The notes beneath the pieces were generated by a model. The model ran no database searches. It worked only from the letters and a program-made list of their open reading frames with translations, and was not told the origin of the DNA. Shown piece by piece: positions 1 to 8,965 of a DNA stretch of 52,982 bases. Within the stretch, counting starts at the first letter, position 1. The number at the start of each line of letters is the position of its first letter. The position numbers and the translations under genes are program-made. Origin of the DNA: a virus (lineage: Duplodnaviria > Heunggongvirae > Uroviricota > Caudoviricetes); IMG/VR virus record IMGVR_UViG_2558860288_000010. The stretch is one strand, 5' to 3'.

Positions 1-996
1 TTAAGCAGGGCTATTTTCAGCATTAGCTCTAACCACAGCTACCTCAACTGTGTCTTTCGCTATACTGTTGTAATAACTTTCTGTAAGCTCAGAAATAAGG
101 AAGTCATCCATCAATAATTTTATAAATAAATCCTTTGACACTTTCGTATCAAGAAGAATTTGAGTCCCATCTTCGGTAAATCTTATTTTACCTTTAAGCA
201 TAGGGTAGTTCTTACAGAAAATTATAATTTTGGCCGTTTCGATACCCCGCTGAATTACTGGAGAGGCTCTTGCAACTTTTGTTAATTTTCTTGCATATCT
301 TACATCTTGGATAAGCTCCGCTAATGCTTCAATATTTGAAACTATATTACGAGCCTCTATTGCAGCCATCCCAGACGTGGCCTCGCGAATAATCACTTCA
401 TGAAAACCAAATGATTTTTCTATAGTATCCAAATCAAATACAAATAACCCATCAGAGAATCTTAGCAATTGAAAGTTATCACTAATCCTAAAAAAATCAT
501 CATCAATCTTCTCGAATCTGGTTCTTGATTTTTTTAGAAAGAAATTTCTTCTTGAGAAAATATTAACGGGGGCCATGGTTTTATATAAAACCATTTGCTC
601 TCTCGCATCACCAATCTCAATAAGTAAGACCTTAATATTATTCACACCCTCTGTGGCAATATTATATAACTCATGATCATCAGTCTGTCTTACCTCATCG
701 AGAACTCTCAACTCCTCAGGTATTTCAAGATCATATTGATAGATGACCTTCACTCTCTCGTCTGATGCCGAAAGTTGTAATATTGACAATTCTTCATTTG
801 ATACAACATTGTCTCGGATATTGTCCATAAAAAGACTAATGAGCCCGCGTTGAGCATCTGGATCAATATCCATTTTTTTGGGGGTATTTGAATTTCTCGT
901 GAGTGCGTAGACAACTATTCCTAGCTGTGCTTGATTATCGATAAAATATTGAAACTTACGATCCAATGTTTCTTTATCATATATAATATCTGGCAT
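1..996 (-). CDS. Hypothetical 331-aa soluble protein, downstream partner of a membrane protein; candidate KwaB-like defense component
   Basis: Complete ORF with ATG start and AAGGG RBS 7 nt upstream. AT-rich. Sits 10 nt after the membrane-protein gene on the same strand; size and pairing fit the Kiwa architecture. No sequence-level confirmation possible here. Confidence 0.4.
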   Translation of the reverse strand: MPDIIYDKETLDRKFQYFIDNQAQLGIVVYALTRNSNTPKKMDIDPDAQRGLISLFMDNIRDNVVSNEELSILQLSASDERVKVIYQYDLEIPEELRVLDEVRQTDDHELYNIATEGVNNIKVLLIEIGDAREQMVLYKTMAPVNIFSRRNFFLKKSRTRFEKIDDDFFRISDNFQLLRFSDGLFVFDLDTIEKSFGFHEVIIREATSGMAAIEARNIVSNIEALAELIQDVRYARKLTKVARASPVIQRGIETAKIIIFCKNYPMLKGKIRFTEDGTQILLDTKVSKDLFIKLLMDDFLISELTESYYNSIAKDTVEVAVVRANAENSPA

Positions 997-1005
997 AGAA
1001 AACCC

Positions 1006-1650
1006 TTAATATCCTGAGTAGTAAACTCTATCATCAAGTTTTATATATTTTACTGAGTCGCCCATTTTAATTTTCTTCCTTGTTATAACTATAATCCCAT
1101 CTCTTTTTTCCCCTCCTTTGAAAACACCATCAAGTTTATAGATATGAAACCCCATCAACGCTAATGAAGGATTAGCATAAAAAAGATCTGTTTTAATATA
1201 AATAATCCCCATAACAACCAGCAACATAGCTAGAACAATTATGTATTTTGTTTTTTCGAAATCAAATGTTATTAATGGAATTACATAGGTTGCAAGAAAC
1301 GTTAAATGTTCATAATTTATACCTTCAACCTTCACAACTTCAAAAGGAATCTCGGTTGATTGTTTGATATCATATTTAAACTTAAAATACGCAACAATAC
1401 TATATAAAAAGAGGAGTGCACAAATAATAGCCACGACATTATTAGATATTAACTTTTCAAAACCTATAAACTTACATTTATCACCAAAACAGATTGGAAT
1501 ATCTATGGTGATAACTATAAAAAAGAAAAAAAGGAGTGATAATGAAAGAATATATAAATTAATCTTTCTGAAAATCATGCCTCCGCCACTATTCCTCATA
1601 TTGATTACTCCCATCATGAAACTATTACGATCATAACTGATATACTTCAT
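1006..1650 (-). CDS. Multi-pass membrane protein (214 aa), candidate KwaA-like
   Basis: ATG start. Translation has several long hydrophobic stretches (LYILSLSLLFFFFIVITI, VVAIICALLFLYSIVAYF, IIVLAMLLVVMGIIYI). AT-rich. Operon partner of 1..996. Confidence 0.4.
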   Translation of the reverse strand: MKYISYDRNSFMMGVINMRNSGGGMIFRKINLYILSLSLLFFFFIVITIDIPICFGDKCKFIGFEKLISNNVVAIICALLFLYSIVAYFKFKYDIKQSTEIPFEVVKVEGINYEHLTFLATYVIPLITFDFEKTKYIIVLAMLLVVMGIIYIKTDLFYANPSLALMGFHIYKLDGVFKGGEKRDGIIVITRKKIKMGDSVKYIKLDDRVYYSGY

Positions 1651-2174
1651 GTTTTAAATGCCACAAAGTAACACTATCCTACTCATAAAAATGCCATACC
1701 CAACAGATTTTATAGTAATTATACAATATTTAATAAGTTTTACTAAGCTACTGTTTTTATCTAAAAGATATCTCCTCTCAACTCCTAATGATAGACATAA
1801 AATATTCTCTCTATGACAGAAACAGCACTACACCGCACCCGCCTGCGGTTTTCATATCACTGAAGTTTTTCAGTTGGGATTTTTTACAAACGATACTTCC
1901 AGCCCGCGCCAGTGCTGGGGATGTACTGCGAGACAGGAACTGAAAAGAATGAAAGGAAATTCAGTTTTTTTCAGTTTTGCTATCCACCGATTCTGTTGCC
2001 AGAATACGCAACTCTTTGATGTTAAATGGATAATTAATTTTAGGTGTGATTTTTTATGAAGGATTGTGAAACAATAAAAACATAACACATTGAAATATAA
2101 TTATTTTATCTCTGTAGAAACTGAAATCCTATGACCAGACTCCGGGAACGGATCAACCATCCCCGGCGCACACT

Positions 2175-2447
2175 CTACCCGTTCTTTTGCGCAGCCAGCA
2201 GCAATTCTAAAGCCTTTTCCCGCCCCTCTGGTGGAATTGCATCAATCAGCTCTTTAACCCTTCCCTGCCCGTTCAGCGCGCTTGGGCTGACCGAATGGGA
2301 GAAAGCAACATTCATCACAAACGAGTGACCACACTCCACGTTAGAGCAATAGCAGTACACATCGTACAGCTGAGGGTGTTTTCTGTTTGTTTTACCGATC
2401 CGCGCGACTGCCTTACATGTTGGGCAGTACATTTTCATCATCTTCAT
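2175..2447 (-). CDS. Ogr/Delta-family zinc-finger late-gene activator (about 90 aa)
   Basis: Translation MKMMKMYCPTCKAVARIGKTNRK...YCYCSNVECGHSF has the C-x2-C...C-x4-C spacing of Ogr/Delta proteins. Start refined to the ATG at 2447 with an AAGGA RBS; the track ORF begins further upstream. Confidence 0.7.
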   Translation of the reverse strand: MKMMKMYCPTCKAVARIGKTNRKHPQLYDVYCYCSNVECGHSFVMNVAFSHSVSPSALNGQGRVKELIDAIPPEGREKALELLLAAQKNG

Positions 2448-2509
2448 CGTTTTATCCTTTTGCCCGCCAGAAAAAGGGATTCTGGTTCCCTGCCTCTTGT
2501 TCTGAACGT

Positions 2510-2697
2510 GTAACACTGGTAACACGCGTAACATCGTTGATTTAAATGAATTTAATCCGTTACCAGTTAACTAAATTAAGAGGTAACGCGTGGTAACACA
2601 CCGTTTTTTGTTACCACTGTTACCAGTACATATTTTTGACTGGTAACAGTGAAGAACCGCATCAGTAGCGGGTGTTACCTCTGTTACCAGTGTTACC
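2510..2697. repeat. Array of about 12 GGTAAC(A)/(T)GTTACC repeats in both orientations; candidate replication cis site (ori/crr-like)
   Basis: Counted directly: copies at 2510, 2518, 2528, 2559, 2582, 2592, 2610, 2619, 2642, 2674, 2683 and 2692, in the non-coding gap between the primase stop and the ogr stop. Confidence 0.6.
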
Positions 2698-2723
2698 TCA
2701 TAAAAATAAGACTCGCGCGATAA

Positions 2724-5411
2724 TTACTCGGGATCGGCGCTTCCCAGTACCTGCGTATTGAACTGATACACTCGCTTAACCCCTATTTCTGGCAGGCGTA
2801 TGCTGTTTTGTGTCCGCCCGTCCTCACCGGCTTTCAGCCAGCCCGCATCCACACACAACCTGGCCACCTTACGTGAATCAAATCCTTTACAGATTTCCTT
2901 CCAGCCGGACGGCAGCACATAAAACGTCACCACCGGTTCTGTGGTGTTGTCGCCTTTGTCCACCTTCCTGAACCCCATCATTGAAAGCGGCCGGTTTCTG
3001 TCATCGTACCAGTCTGCAAAACGGCTGAACTGGTTTCGCGTCATGAAGTCGCGTACCTGTTCAAGCGCGGTTTTGTCTTCCTGATTGGCCGCATGACCAC
3101 GATCGGCCATCCACGACGCCAGGCAGCATTCAGCCGCCCGGAATGCCTCACCTTCCGGCCAGCCGGTGATCCCGGCCTGAGTGGCCAGCTCCCCGGCCAT
3201 CGCCACCAGAGCAAAACGGGTAACCACACGGCCAACCTGATTCCCGGCATTTTCTGGTGTCAGTCTGCGGGTATATTCTTTCAGCAGGGTTTTCGCCTGG
3301 CGGGTCAGCTCAGGCAGATCCCCGGTCAGACAGTACAGCCAGTCGCGGAAAGGCGTGCCGTGATAATGCACCACCGACTGTTCCAGATGTTCTGCCAGGG
3401 TCTTCCCGCCACTGAAGCCGTGCAGCTCCTCAAACACTCCATATTTACCGGAATCGCTGGGGATCTGGATCATCCTGACCTCCACCCCGGCATAGGTTCG
3501 TTCACCGGCGTTGGCCGCATGTTCCACCAGTGACAGCTCTCCGGTGGACAGAAACAGCAGATTCCAGCGGTTGGTTTCTCTCACAGAACCATCCGTTCTG
3601 GCTCTGGCTTTCCCCTGCCCGTTCGCCAGCATATAGGCAATGTTTCCCGCCTCCCTTCCGTCAACCTCCCGGATCTCATCGAGCATCAGGGTCGCATCAT
3701 TGCGACGGCTCGCCGTTCCTTCCAGCGCATTGCCGGTAGCCCGCCACGTGTGCCAGAAGTCCGTACCACCGCAGACCGATGCGGCCACTTTCATGGTCGT
3801 GGTTTTACCGTCCGTCGATTCCCCTTTCAGGTGATAGCCGCCGCCACTCACGCCAACCAGCGTCAGCAGCGGTGCAGCAAAGGCCAGACTCACCGCAAAC
3901 GCCAGGCGGGCATTGCTGACACAATAACGCCCGATATTTTCCCGCCACTCGTCAGAAGTACCGCTGACGCGAAAATCCCGCCCCTGTACACTCGACGTCT
4001 GCAAAATAACCGACTGGGCTTCACGGCCAATCACTTCGTCCTGCAGGACATACACGCCGCCATGCCAGCCGGTTTTATTCACACAAGTGACTTTTCTGTC
4101 TGGTTTACACAGGGACAGGTATTCCATCAGGAAAGCTCTGGCCATCCCGTTGATGTTGATATAAGAAAGACCATTAACCAGTAACACGCGGCGCAGCTCT
4201 TCCCCGCTGCCGCCCAGCATTTCCATCGGCATAGCCCACTTGCGGCTGTTACCGTTTGTGTCCTCCCACTCCAGCAGACGCCCATAATTACTGCCGTCTG
4301 CATCACAGGTGATCGCAGTCACCCGCAGCGGACTGCAAATCTTGATATTGCGGATTTCCGTATCGCCATCAGACTTGTTAACCAGTTTGTCATACCACAG
4401 GTATTCCTTGGTCAGCCTGAATCCCTGCGGCAGCCGGGTCTGCCCTTTACCGTGTAGCGTCATTTCCTCGCGGAAGGCTTCACGCGCCCGATCTTTACCC
4501 ACCTCCTGCCGGTAATCATCCCAGTCCGCCTTATGGCGTACCGGGGGAAGTGTCACCCAGCCATCCACCGCTTTAGCGGCTTTCTCAGCCTGAATACGTC
4601 CGGTATTTTCCTTCCCGTCAGCCAGATCATTATCTCCGGCCAGAATGATCCGGGTCTCCGGCCAGCGCTTTCGTACTTGCTCCGTCACTTTCAGCAAATT
4701 GGTGGCCGCAACAGCCGCCACGATCCACCCTTCAGCCAGAAGGCTGACGGTCAGCGCCGTGGCATAGCCCTCCGTGATGATCACCTGTTCAGGTGTTTCA
4801 GCGGGTATATCGTTAAGGGCAATGAATGCGCCGGACAGCTGGCTGCCGGGTAGCAGGCTTTTATCACCGTCAGGGTTGATAAGCTGGCCACCGGTAATAG
4901 TCCCGGCAATATCCGTCAGTGGTAGCAGCAGCGAACCGGCAGAAAATGTCATCCCGGCCAGATTCAGAGATTGCGCCAGCAGGGGGAGTGAATACCCGTG
5001 TAAGCCCTTATTTGTCAGATAGATCGGCTCACCGTTCCGGCACTGCTGTCTGAGTCGGGTATACCGCTGCGCGCCCGTTTCTTTTCCTGCCGCCTTTTTC
5101 CTGGCGGGCAAAGCGGGTTTCTCCAGCATTTCAGGTAATGCAAGCACCTCAGATACCACATCTGCGGCTTCCTTTACCTTTCTCCCGGTCACCAGACGAA
5201 CCAGATCCAGACCATCACCATGACCGCACTGATTACAAAACCAGGTACCCCGTCCCTCTTTATCGTCGAGACGAAAGCGATCTTTGCCGCCACAGGCCGG
5301 GCAGGCTCCATGACGCCCCGCTGGCGGCACTTTGATACCTAAAGCAGACAGAATATGTGGCCAGTGCCCGACAGCAGCACCTGAAACCGCAGACACAGGT
5401 TGATTCCTCAC
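2724..5411 (-). CDS. P4 alpha-like bifunctional primase/helicase (895 aa)
   Basis: N-terminal zinc-binding motif CPACGG...FCNQCGHGDGLDLV, a central TOPRIM-like region and a C-terminal NTPase region. GTG start overlapping the stop of the upstream gene. Confidence 0.8.
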   Translation of the reverse strand: MRNQPVSAVSGAAVGHWPHILSALGIKVPPAGRHGACPACGGKDRFRLDDKEGRGTWFCNQCGHGDGLDLVRLVTGRKVKEAADVVSEVLALPEMLEKPALPARKKAAGKETGAQRYTRLRQQCRNGEPIYLTNKGLHGYSLPLLAQSLNLAGMTFSAGSLLLPLTDIAGTITGGQLINPDGDKSLLPGSQLSGAFIALNDIPAETPEQVIITEGYATALTVSLLAEGWIVAAVAATNLLKVTEQVRKRWPETRIILAGDNDLADGKENTGRIQAEKAAKAVDGWVTLPPVRHKADWDDYRQEVGKDRAREAFREEMTLHGKGQTRLPQGFRLTKEYLWYDKLVNKSDGDTEIRNIKICSPLRVTAITCDADGSNYGRLLEWEDTNGNSRKWAMPMEMLGGSGEELRRVLLVNGLSYININGMARAFLMEYLSLCKPDRKVTCVNKTGWHGGVYVLQDEVIGREAQSVILQTSSVQGRDFRVSGTSDEWRENIGRYCVSNARLAFAVSLAFAAPLLTLVGVSGGGYHLKGESTDGKTTTMKVAASVCGGTDFWHTWRATGNALEGTASRRNDATLMLDEIREVDGREAGNIAYMLANGQGKARARTDGSVRETNRWNLLFLSTGELSLVEHAANAGERTYAGVEVRMIQIPSDSGKYGVFEELHGFSGGKTLAEHLEQSVVHYHGTPFRDWLYCLTGDLPELTRQAKTLLKEYTRRLTPENAGNQVGRVVTRFALVAMAGELATQAGITGWPEGEAFRAAECCLASWMADRGHAANQEDKTALEQVRDFMTRNQFSRFADWYDDRNRPLSMMGFRKVDKGDNTTEPVVTFYVLPSGWKEICKGFDSRKVARLCVDAGWLKAGEDGRTQNSIRLPEIGVKRVYQFNTQVLGSADPE

Positions 5412-5818
5412 AGCAGTCCCCCCTGGTCTTCCGGTTTCACAAACTCAAAATCTTCAGGGAGATCTCCATCAGGGGCACCAAAAATAATATCCCGGTAAAT
5501 CTCCCGCATCTCTGTGACACCAAAAACTGACAGGTGAATATTTTCTGACATGAAGCCAGGTTTAAGCATTTTTTCCAGTTGTTCCCCGGCCAGCATGCAA
5601 CCAACTTCGGCACCAAATTCAGTCACCCACGGCATTTCAATATGATAAATAATATTGCTCACGACTTTTTCGTGGGTGAGTTCTATTCGTTCGCCATCTT
5701 CAATATAAACCGGTTCATTATGAACACGCTCCATTAAGGAAATGAATGCATCAGCAATGTAGTACCGTAAGACTGCTGTTCGTAAAGCATGCGCCTTTAA
5801 ATTTTGATTATTATTCAT
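5408..5818 (-). CDS. Hypothetical protein (about 136 aa), translationally coupled to the primase
   Basis: Track ORF 5408..5878 begins at TTG. An internal ATG at 5818 (MNNNQNLKAH...) is preceded by an AGGGAGAG RBS. Stop overlaps the primase start. Confidence 0.45.
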   Translation of the reverse strand: MNNNQNLKAHALRTAVLRYYIADAFISLMERVHNEPVYIEDGERIELTHEKVVSNIIYHIEMPWVTEFGAEVGCMLAGEQLEKMLKPGFMSENIHLSVFGVTEMREIYRDIIFGAPDGDLPEDFEFVKPEDQGGLL

Positions 5819-6047
5819 CGCGCATCTCTCCCTTAATTGTGCTGGTTTCCTTAACAACGCCATCCAGTTGTTCGGCAATACAGGCCACTAAAGCCGCAGC
5901 GCCTTCCGCTGAAACAGTTCTCGCTCCATTCACTGTGGGAACGGACAGGACCTCTGCAAGAAACTCACTGGCCAGTGCCGCCCGTAACAGACGACTCTCA
6001 CCCAGTTCGCTCAATATGCAGCCTTGCTTAAAATTCATGGATTTCAT
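5811..6047 (-). CDS. Hypothetical small protein (78 aa)
   Basis: ATG start with a strong GGGAGGTG RBS. Overlaps the neighbouring genes by a few nt at both ends. Confidence 0.45.
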   Translation of the reverse strand: MKSMNFKQGCILSELGESRLLRAALASEFLAEVLSVPTVNGARTVSAEGAAALVACIAEQLDGVVKETSTIKGEMRDE

Positions 6048-6247
6048 GCAATCACCTCCCCGGCACTTTTCACAGGGATACGGGCAGCAAAGCTCAGGAT
6101 AAATTCAGTGGCAAGTTTAAGGCGTGCAGCATGCTCGCAGTCTGCGATTACACGCACAGGACGTGGACGGGCATCACGGTCTGTACGGCGAACAGCCAGA
6201 AAGACAAAGGTAAATTCAGGGTGAGATAAAGCAGGGACTGTAGCCAT
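6044..6247 (-). CDS. Hypothetical small protein (67 aa) downstream of the structured RNA region
   Basis: ATG at 6245..6247; translation MATVPALSHPEFTFVFLAVRRTDRD.... It is the 3' part of the 196-aa track ORF 6044..6634, whose 5' part has no protein-like composition. Confidence 0.3.
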   Translation of the reverse strand: MATVPALSHPEFTFVFLAVRRTDRDARPRPVRVIADCEHAARLKLATEFILSFAARIPVKSAGEVIA

Positions 6248-6249
6248 AA

Positions 6250-6560
6250 TGGCAACCTCCGTTAGATAGCGGGTAACGCTACCACCGGAGTTCCTACGCT
6301 CATGGGTGGTAGCCCAGACGGGGGTAGGAATACCGGCTCTAACGGATACCGGCCAGCCCGAAAGCTGCCCCGCCTGGACTACCATAATTCTGATGATGTG
6401 GCGTAAAAAATAAAAACATGCAGTCAGCCACCACACCATAAATTTTAGGTGAGTCAAAGCTACGACACAAAAAAACACGCCTGGCGCGTGTTGTGTCGCC
6501 GTTAGATTACACGGGTTCCTACGCCCGGCTGCCGATTTTGCGGCAACCTTTAAACTATAT
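6250..6560 (-). ncRNA. Candidate C4/CI-type antisense RNA locus (satellite copy)
   Basis: Non-coding gap upstream of the small-gene/primase operon. Two hairpin-containing segments each carry ttcctacgc (6291..6299, 6517..6525), with a partly complementary gtaggaa segment between them (6324..6330), plus an 18-nt block tgccgattttgcggcaac (6530..6547) identical to 38449..38466. Strand inferred from the flanking genes. Confidence 0.35.
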
Positions 6561-6721
6561 CCCGCGCATTCCTGGTGAGGCAAGAAATTTATAACCGAAA
6601 ACTGAACATTGCCTGGATTAATTAACGCTGGCATGCTTAAGCCTCTGCTTAAAAATAGTTCTTCATTTTTCCTGATGCTGTAAACGAGACCCGCCTCTGA
6701 GCGGGTCTTTCTGTCGCGAAG

Positions 6722-7726
6722 TCAATCAGCAAACGTCAGGGCGCTCTCATCAACAGCCGCGTACAGTTCAGGTTCACCGAGTGCATAGCCTTCATTGCGC
6801 AGGTAGGAATGTACGTATTCACTGTTTTCATCATCAAACTCAGCACGAAACCACCGTGTTATCGCCTGAGTGTAAATATGCAGATTATCCAGCGTCGTTA
6901 CTGCCAGACGCTTACCCGGCATAAACGGGGGAATAAACGCAAAGCGGCCAGCAACAGAACTTGTAGCCATCTGTGCAGCATTCACATCAGCCGGGCGGTC
7001 TGCGGCATTAAATAACTTCAGGCGTTGATGTGCTGCCAGCTCTGCCCCAACCAGTACAACCAGACGAGGATCTTCACGAAACTGCTCAGCAATAAGCTCA
7101 GTAATCAGATGGTTGGCCAGAGCATCTATATTTTTCCAGGTGCCAGTCTCTCCCAGCATGACTGGCTCAGAGATGATTTGCTTTCCGTTCCCGTAGGCTT
7201 TCGCCAGTGCATGCCAGCCAATATTGACATCCTCGCCTTTTTTATTAATTTCCGGGTTTGTAGTATTTGCAATCGACACACCATTGAAACCGACCCGCAG
7301 CATGTCAAGCGCATATGCCTGGGCAAAAAAGCCCTCAACCGTTTTCTCAAACTCATCCGGCACGCCGGTATGGTAAATATGAGACATATCGGAATAGCTG
7401 ATCCGGGCGCAGGTATCCGTCTCGGTCAGAAAGAACTCCGTACCATTGATTGCCATTTTTTTGTGGAAACGGCCACCATCCACACGTCCGGTATGCAGTT
7501 CACTGGCACCAATATTGACGGCATTACCTGACACGGCGTTAACATCACGTAGGGTGATATTTTTAATAAGCCACCCGGATTCCAGAATTGAGGTACGCAG
7601 TATATTTTCAGTGGGTTCGCTTAATGCAAAGCGTCTGTTTGATTCTTCCTGATAGTTAGTGCCAGTGACGAATTTATTATGATAACGACGTGCTGCGTCC
7701 GGCCTTTCAGTTTTGAAGGCATACAT
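6722..7726 (-). CDS. P2 GpN-like major capsid protein homolog (334 aa)
   Basis: ATG with AAAGGTGA RBS. Motifs GFNGV, GW, EDPRLVVLVG and LDNLHIY match what I recall of P2-family capsid proteins. Needs an HMM or BLAST check. Confidence 0.45.
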   Translation of the reverse strand: MYAFKTERPDAARRYHNKFVTGTNYQEESNRRFALSEPTENILRTSILESGWLIKNITLRDVNAVSGNAVNIGASELHTGRVDGGRFHKKMAINGTEFFLTETDTCARISYSDMSHIYHTGVPDEFEKTVEGFFAQAYALDMLRVGFNGVSIANTTNPEINKKGEDVNIGWHALAKAYGNGKQIISEPVMLGETGTWKNIDALANHLITELIAEQFREDPRLVVLVGAELAAHQRLKLFNAADRPADVNAAQMATSSVAGRFAFIPPFMPGKRLAVTTLDNLHIYTQAITRWFRAEFDDENSEYVHSYLRNEGYALGEPELYAAVDESALTFAD

Positions 7727-7748
7727 AGCTTTTCACCTTTTTAAGTAT

Positions 7749-8621
7749 TTAAGAAAAGATTTTATTTTTGTACTCAGTAACCCGATTGTATTTCATTACA
7801 TGCTCAACATAATCCCGGTCACTTACGACTGAACGTAATACATTATTATCTGCTCGATAGTACTCCCTGTAAGCCATAGCTCTTGCCATTCCACCGTTAT
7901 TTAATACATAACGATCAGTTGGAACGCTACAACGGCTAATAATTTCACTCACAGAATCAGACAAAGATTTGAGTGCATCTGTAATAAATTTAATATCACG
8001 GACAACGTCACCGTCATTAAACACAGAAATAAAATCAGCAGGGATCTGGCCGGATTGAGGAAATATGTTCAGTAAACGCTTCTCAACTCCCTTACCAATG
8101 TAGTTAACTTCATCGGCCAGTACGCCCGGTAAAAGCTTGATTGTGCTCAGTCGGCTATGTTGCTCATTCAGCCGGGAAACGGCCAGATGGTAACACCGTT
8201 CAGCATCCGCTCGTTCAGCATGCCCCGTTTTATTCGTTTTGGCTTCAGCAATGCTACTGACGCCGTTTTTTGAGAATGTGCTTTTCCATGCAACTTCCGC
8301 ATTTGTCACTTCACGCTGCCGAAAAGATAACTCTTCCTCTTCCTGACGACACAACTGGGCATAACGGCTCAGGAGCAGGTTGATCTCATTCGCCACAGCT
8401 TCCGTATCAGGTACTGTTAACCCCGTAAGTGAATACAACTTTTCACCTTTAGCGCGCAGCTTATTCAGTGAATATATTTCAATAATACGCACAATACAGG
8501 CCGTGTCGCTATGAGTCTCTTTAAACGGGCTTACTTTATAGCTTCCTAACACGGAAACATATTCATTCTTAATTGGAAGGGATATGTATTGACTCCCCGC
8601 CGGTTGTAGACGGTAATTCAT
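7749..8621 (-). CDS. Hypothetical 290-aa protein immediately upstream of the capsid-like gene; possible scaffold
   Basis: ATG with GAGGAG RBS. Assignment rests only on gene order (scaffold-then-capsid as in P2 O-N); no sequence similarity recognised. Confidence 0.3.
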   Translation of the reverse strand: MNYRLQPAGSQYISLPIKNEYVSVLGSYKVSPFKETHSDTACIVRIIEIYSLNKLRAKGEKLYSLTGLTVPDTEAVANEINLLLSRYAQLCRQEEEELSFRQREVTNAEVAWKSTFSKNGVSSIAEAKTNKTGHAERADAERCYHLAVSRLNEQHSRLSTIKLLPGVLADEVNYIGKGVEKRLLNIFPQSGQIPADFISVFNDGDVVRDIKFITDALKSLSDSVSEIISRCSVPTDRYVLNNGGMARAMAYREYYRADNNVLRSVVSDRDYVEHVMKYNRVTEYKNKIFS

Positions 8622-8657
8622 ATAAACTCCTCATAAATGCCACTAATACTAATGTTT

Positions 8658-8858
8658 TTACTCTGAAGAATGACTATCACGCCAAGCATAGTAGTCACCG
8701 GCACGCCATCGAGACATACGACCTAATTTGATTGGTTTAGGAAAACGACCTAGAGAAATCAGTTTATAAATCCATTTATCAGTAAACAGACAATCAGATG
8801 TAATGAATTTCATATCAATGAGCGAGTCAGCAGAAGGACGATTATCAGTAAACCCCAT
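8658..8858 (-). CDS. alpA: AlpA-family transcriptional regulator / excisionase-like protein (66 aa)
   Basis: Translation ...KWIYKLISLGRFPKPIKLGRMSRWRAGDYYAW matches the AlpA signature (GRFPKP.KLG). ATG at 8858 with GAGAGGAA RBS; the track ORF begins at TTG. Confidence 0.75.
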   Translation of the reverse strand: MGFTDNRPSADSLIDMKFITSDCLFTDKWIYKLISLGRFPKPIKLGRMSRWRAGDYYAWRDSHSSE

Positions 8859-8965
8859 AATGAGTTCCTCTCTATGTATCAATCTATATCAACGAAGAGG
8901 ATTAAAACATCGTTCAAAAATATAAAAAAGGCGAGTAAGCAAAAAATACTTACCCACCAATAATG

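Noticed and set aside
2535-2723. Possible CRISPR-like array because of the repeated GTTACC motif
   Set aside because: Repeats are only 6 to 7 bp, irregularly spaced and in both orientations, with no repeat-spacer periodicity and no cas genes; better explained as protein-binding iterons.
3041-5335. Several plus-strand ORFs of 60 to 168 aa inside the primase gene region (for example 3093..3533, 3750..4184, 4533..4853)
   Set aside because: They lie antisense to or out of frame with a long, motif-rich primase gene and have low-complexity Arg/Pro/Ser-rich translations typical of shadow ORFs.
6044-6634. 196-aa track ORF spanning the structured non-coding region
   Set aside because: Only its last 67 codons (from the ATG at 6247) look gene-like; the upstream part covers the hairpin-rich candidate RNA region and has no protein-like composition.
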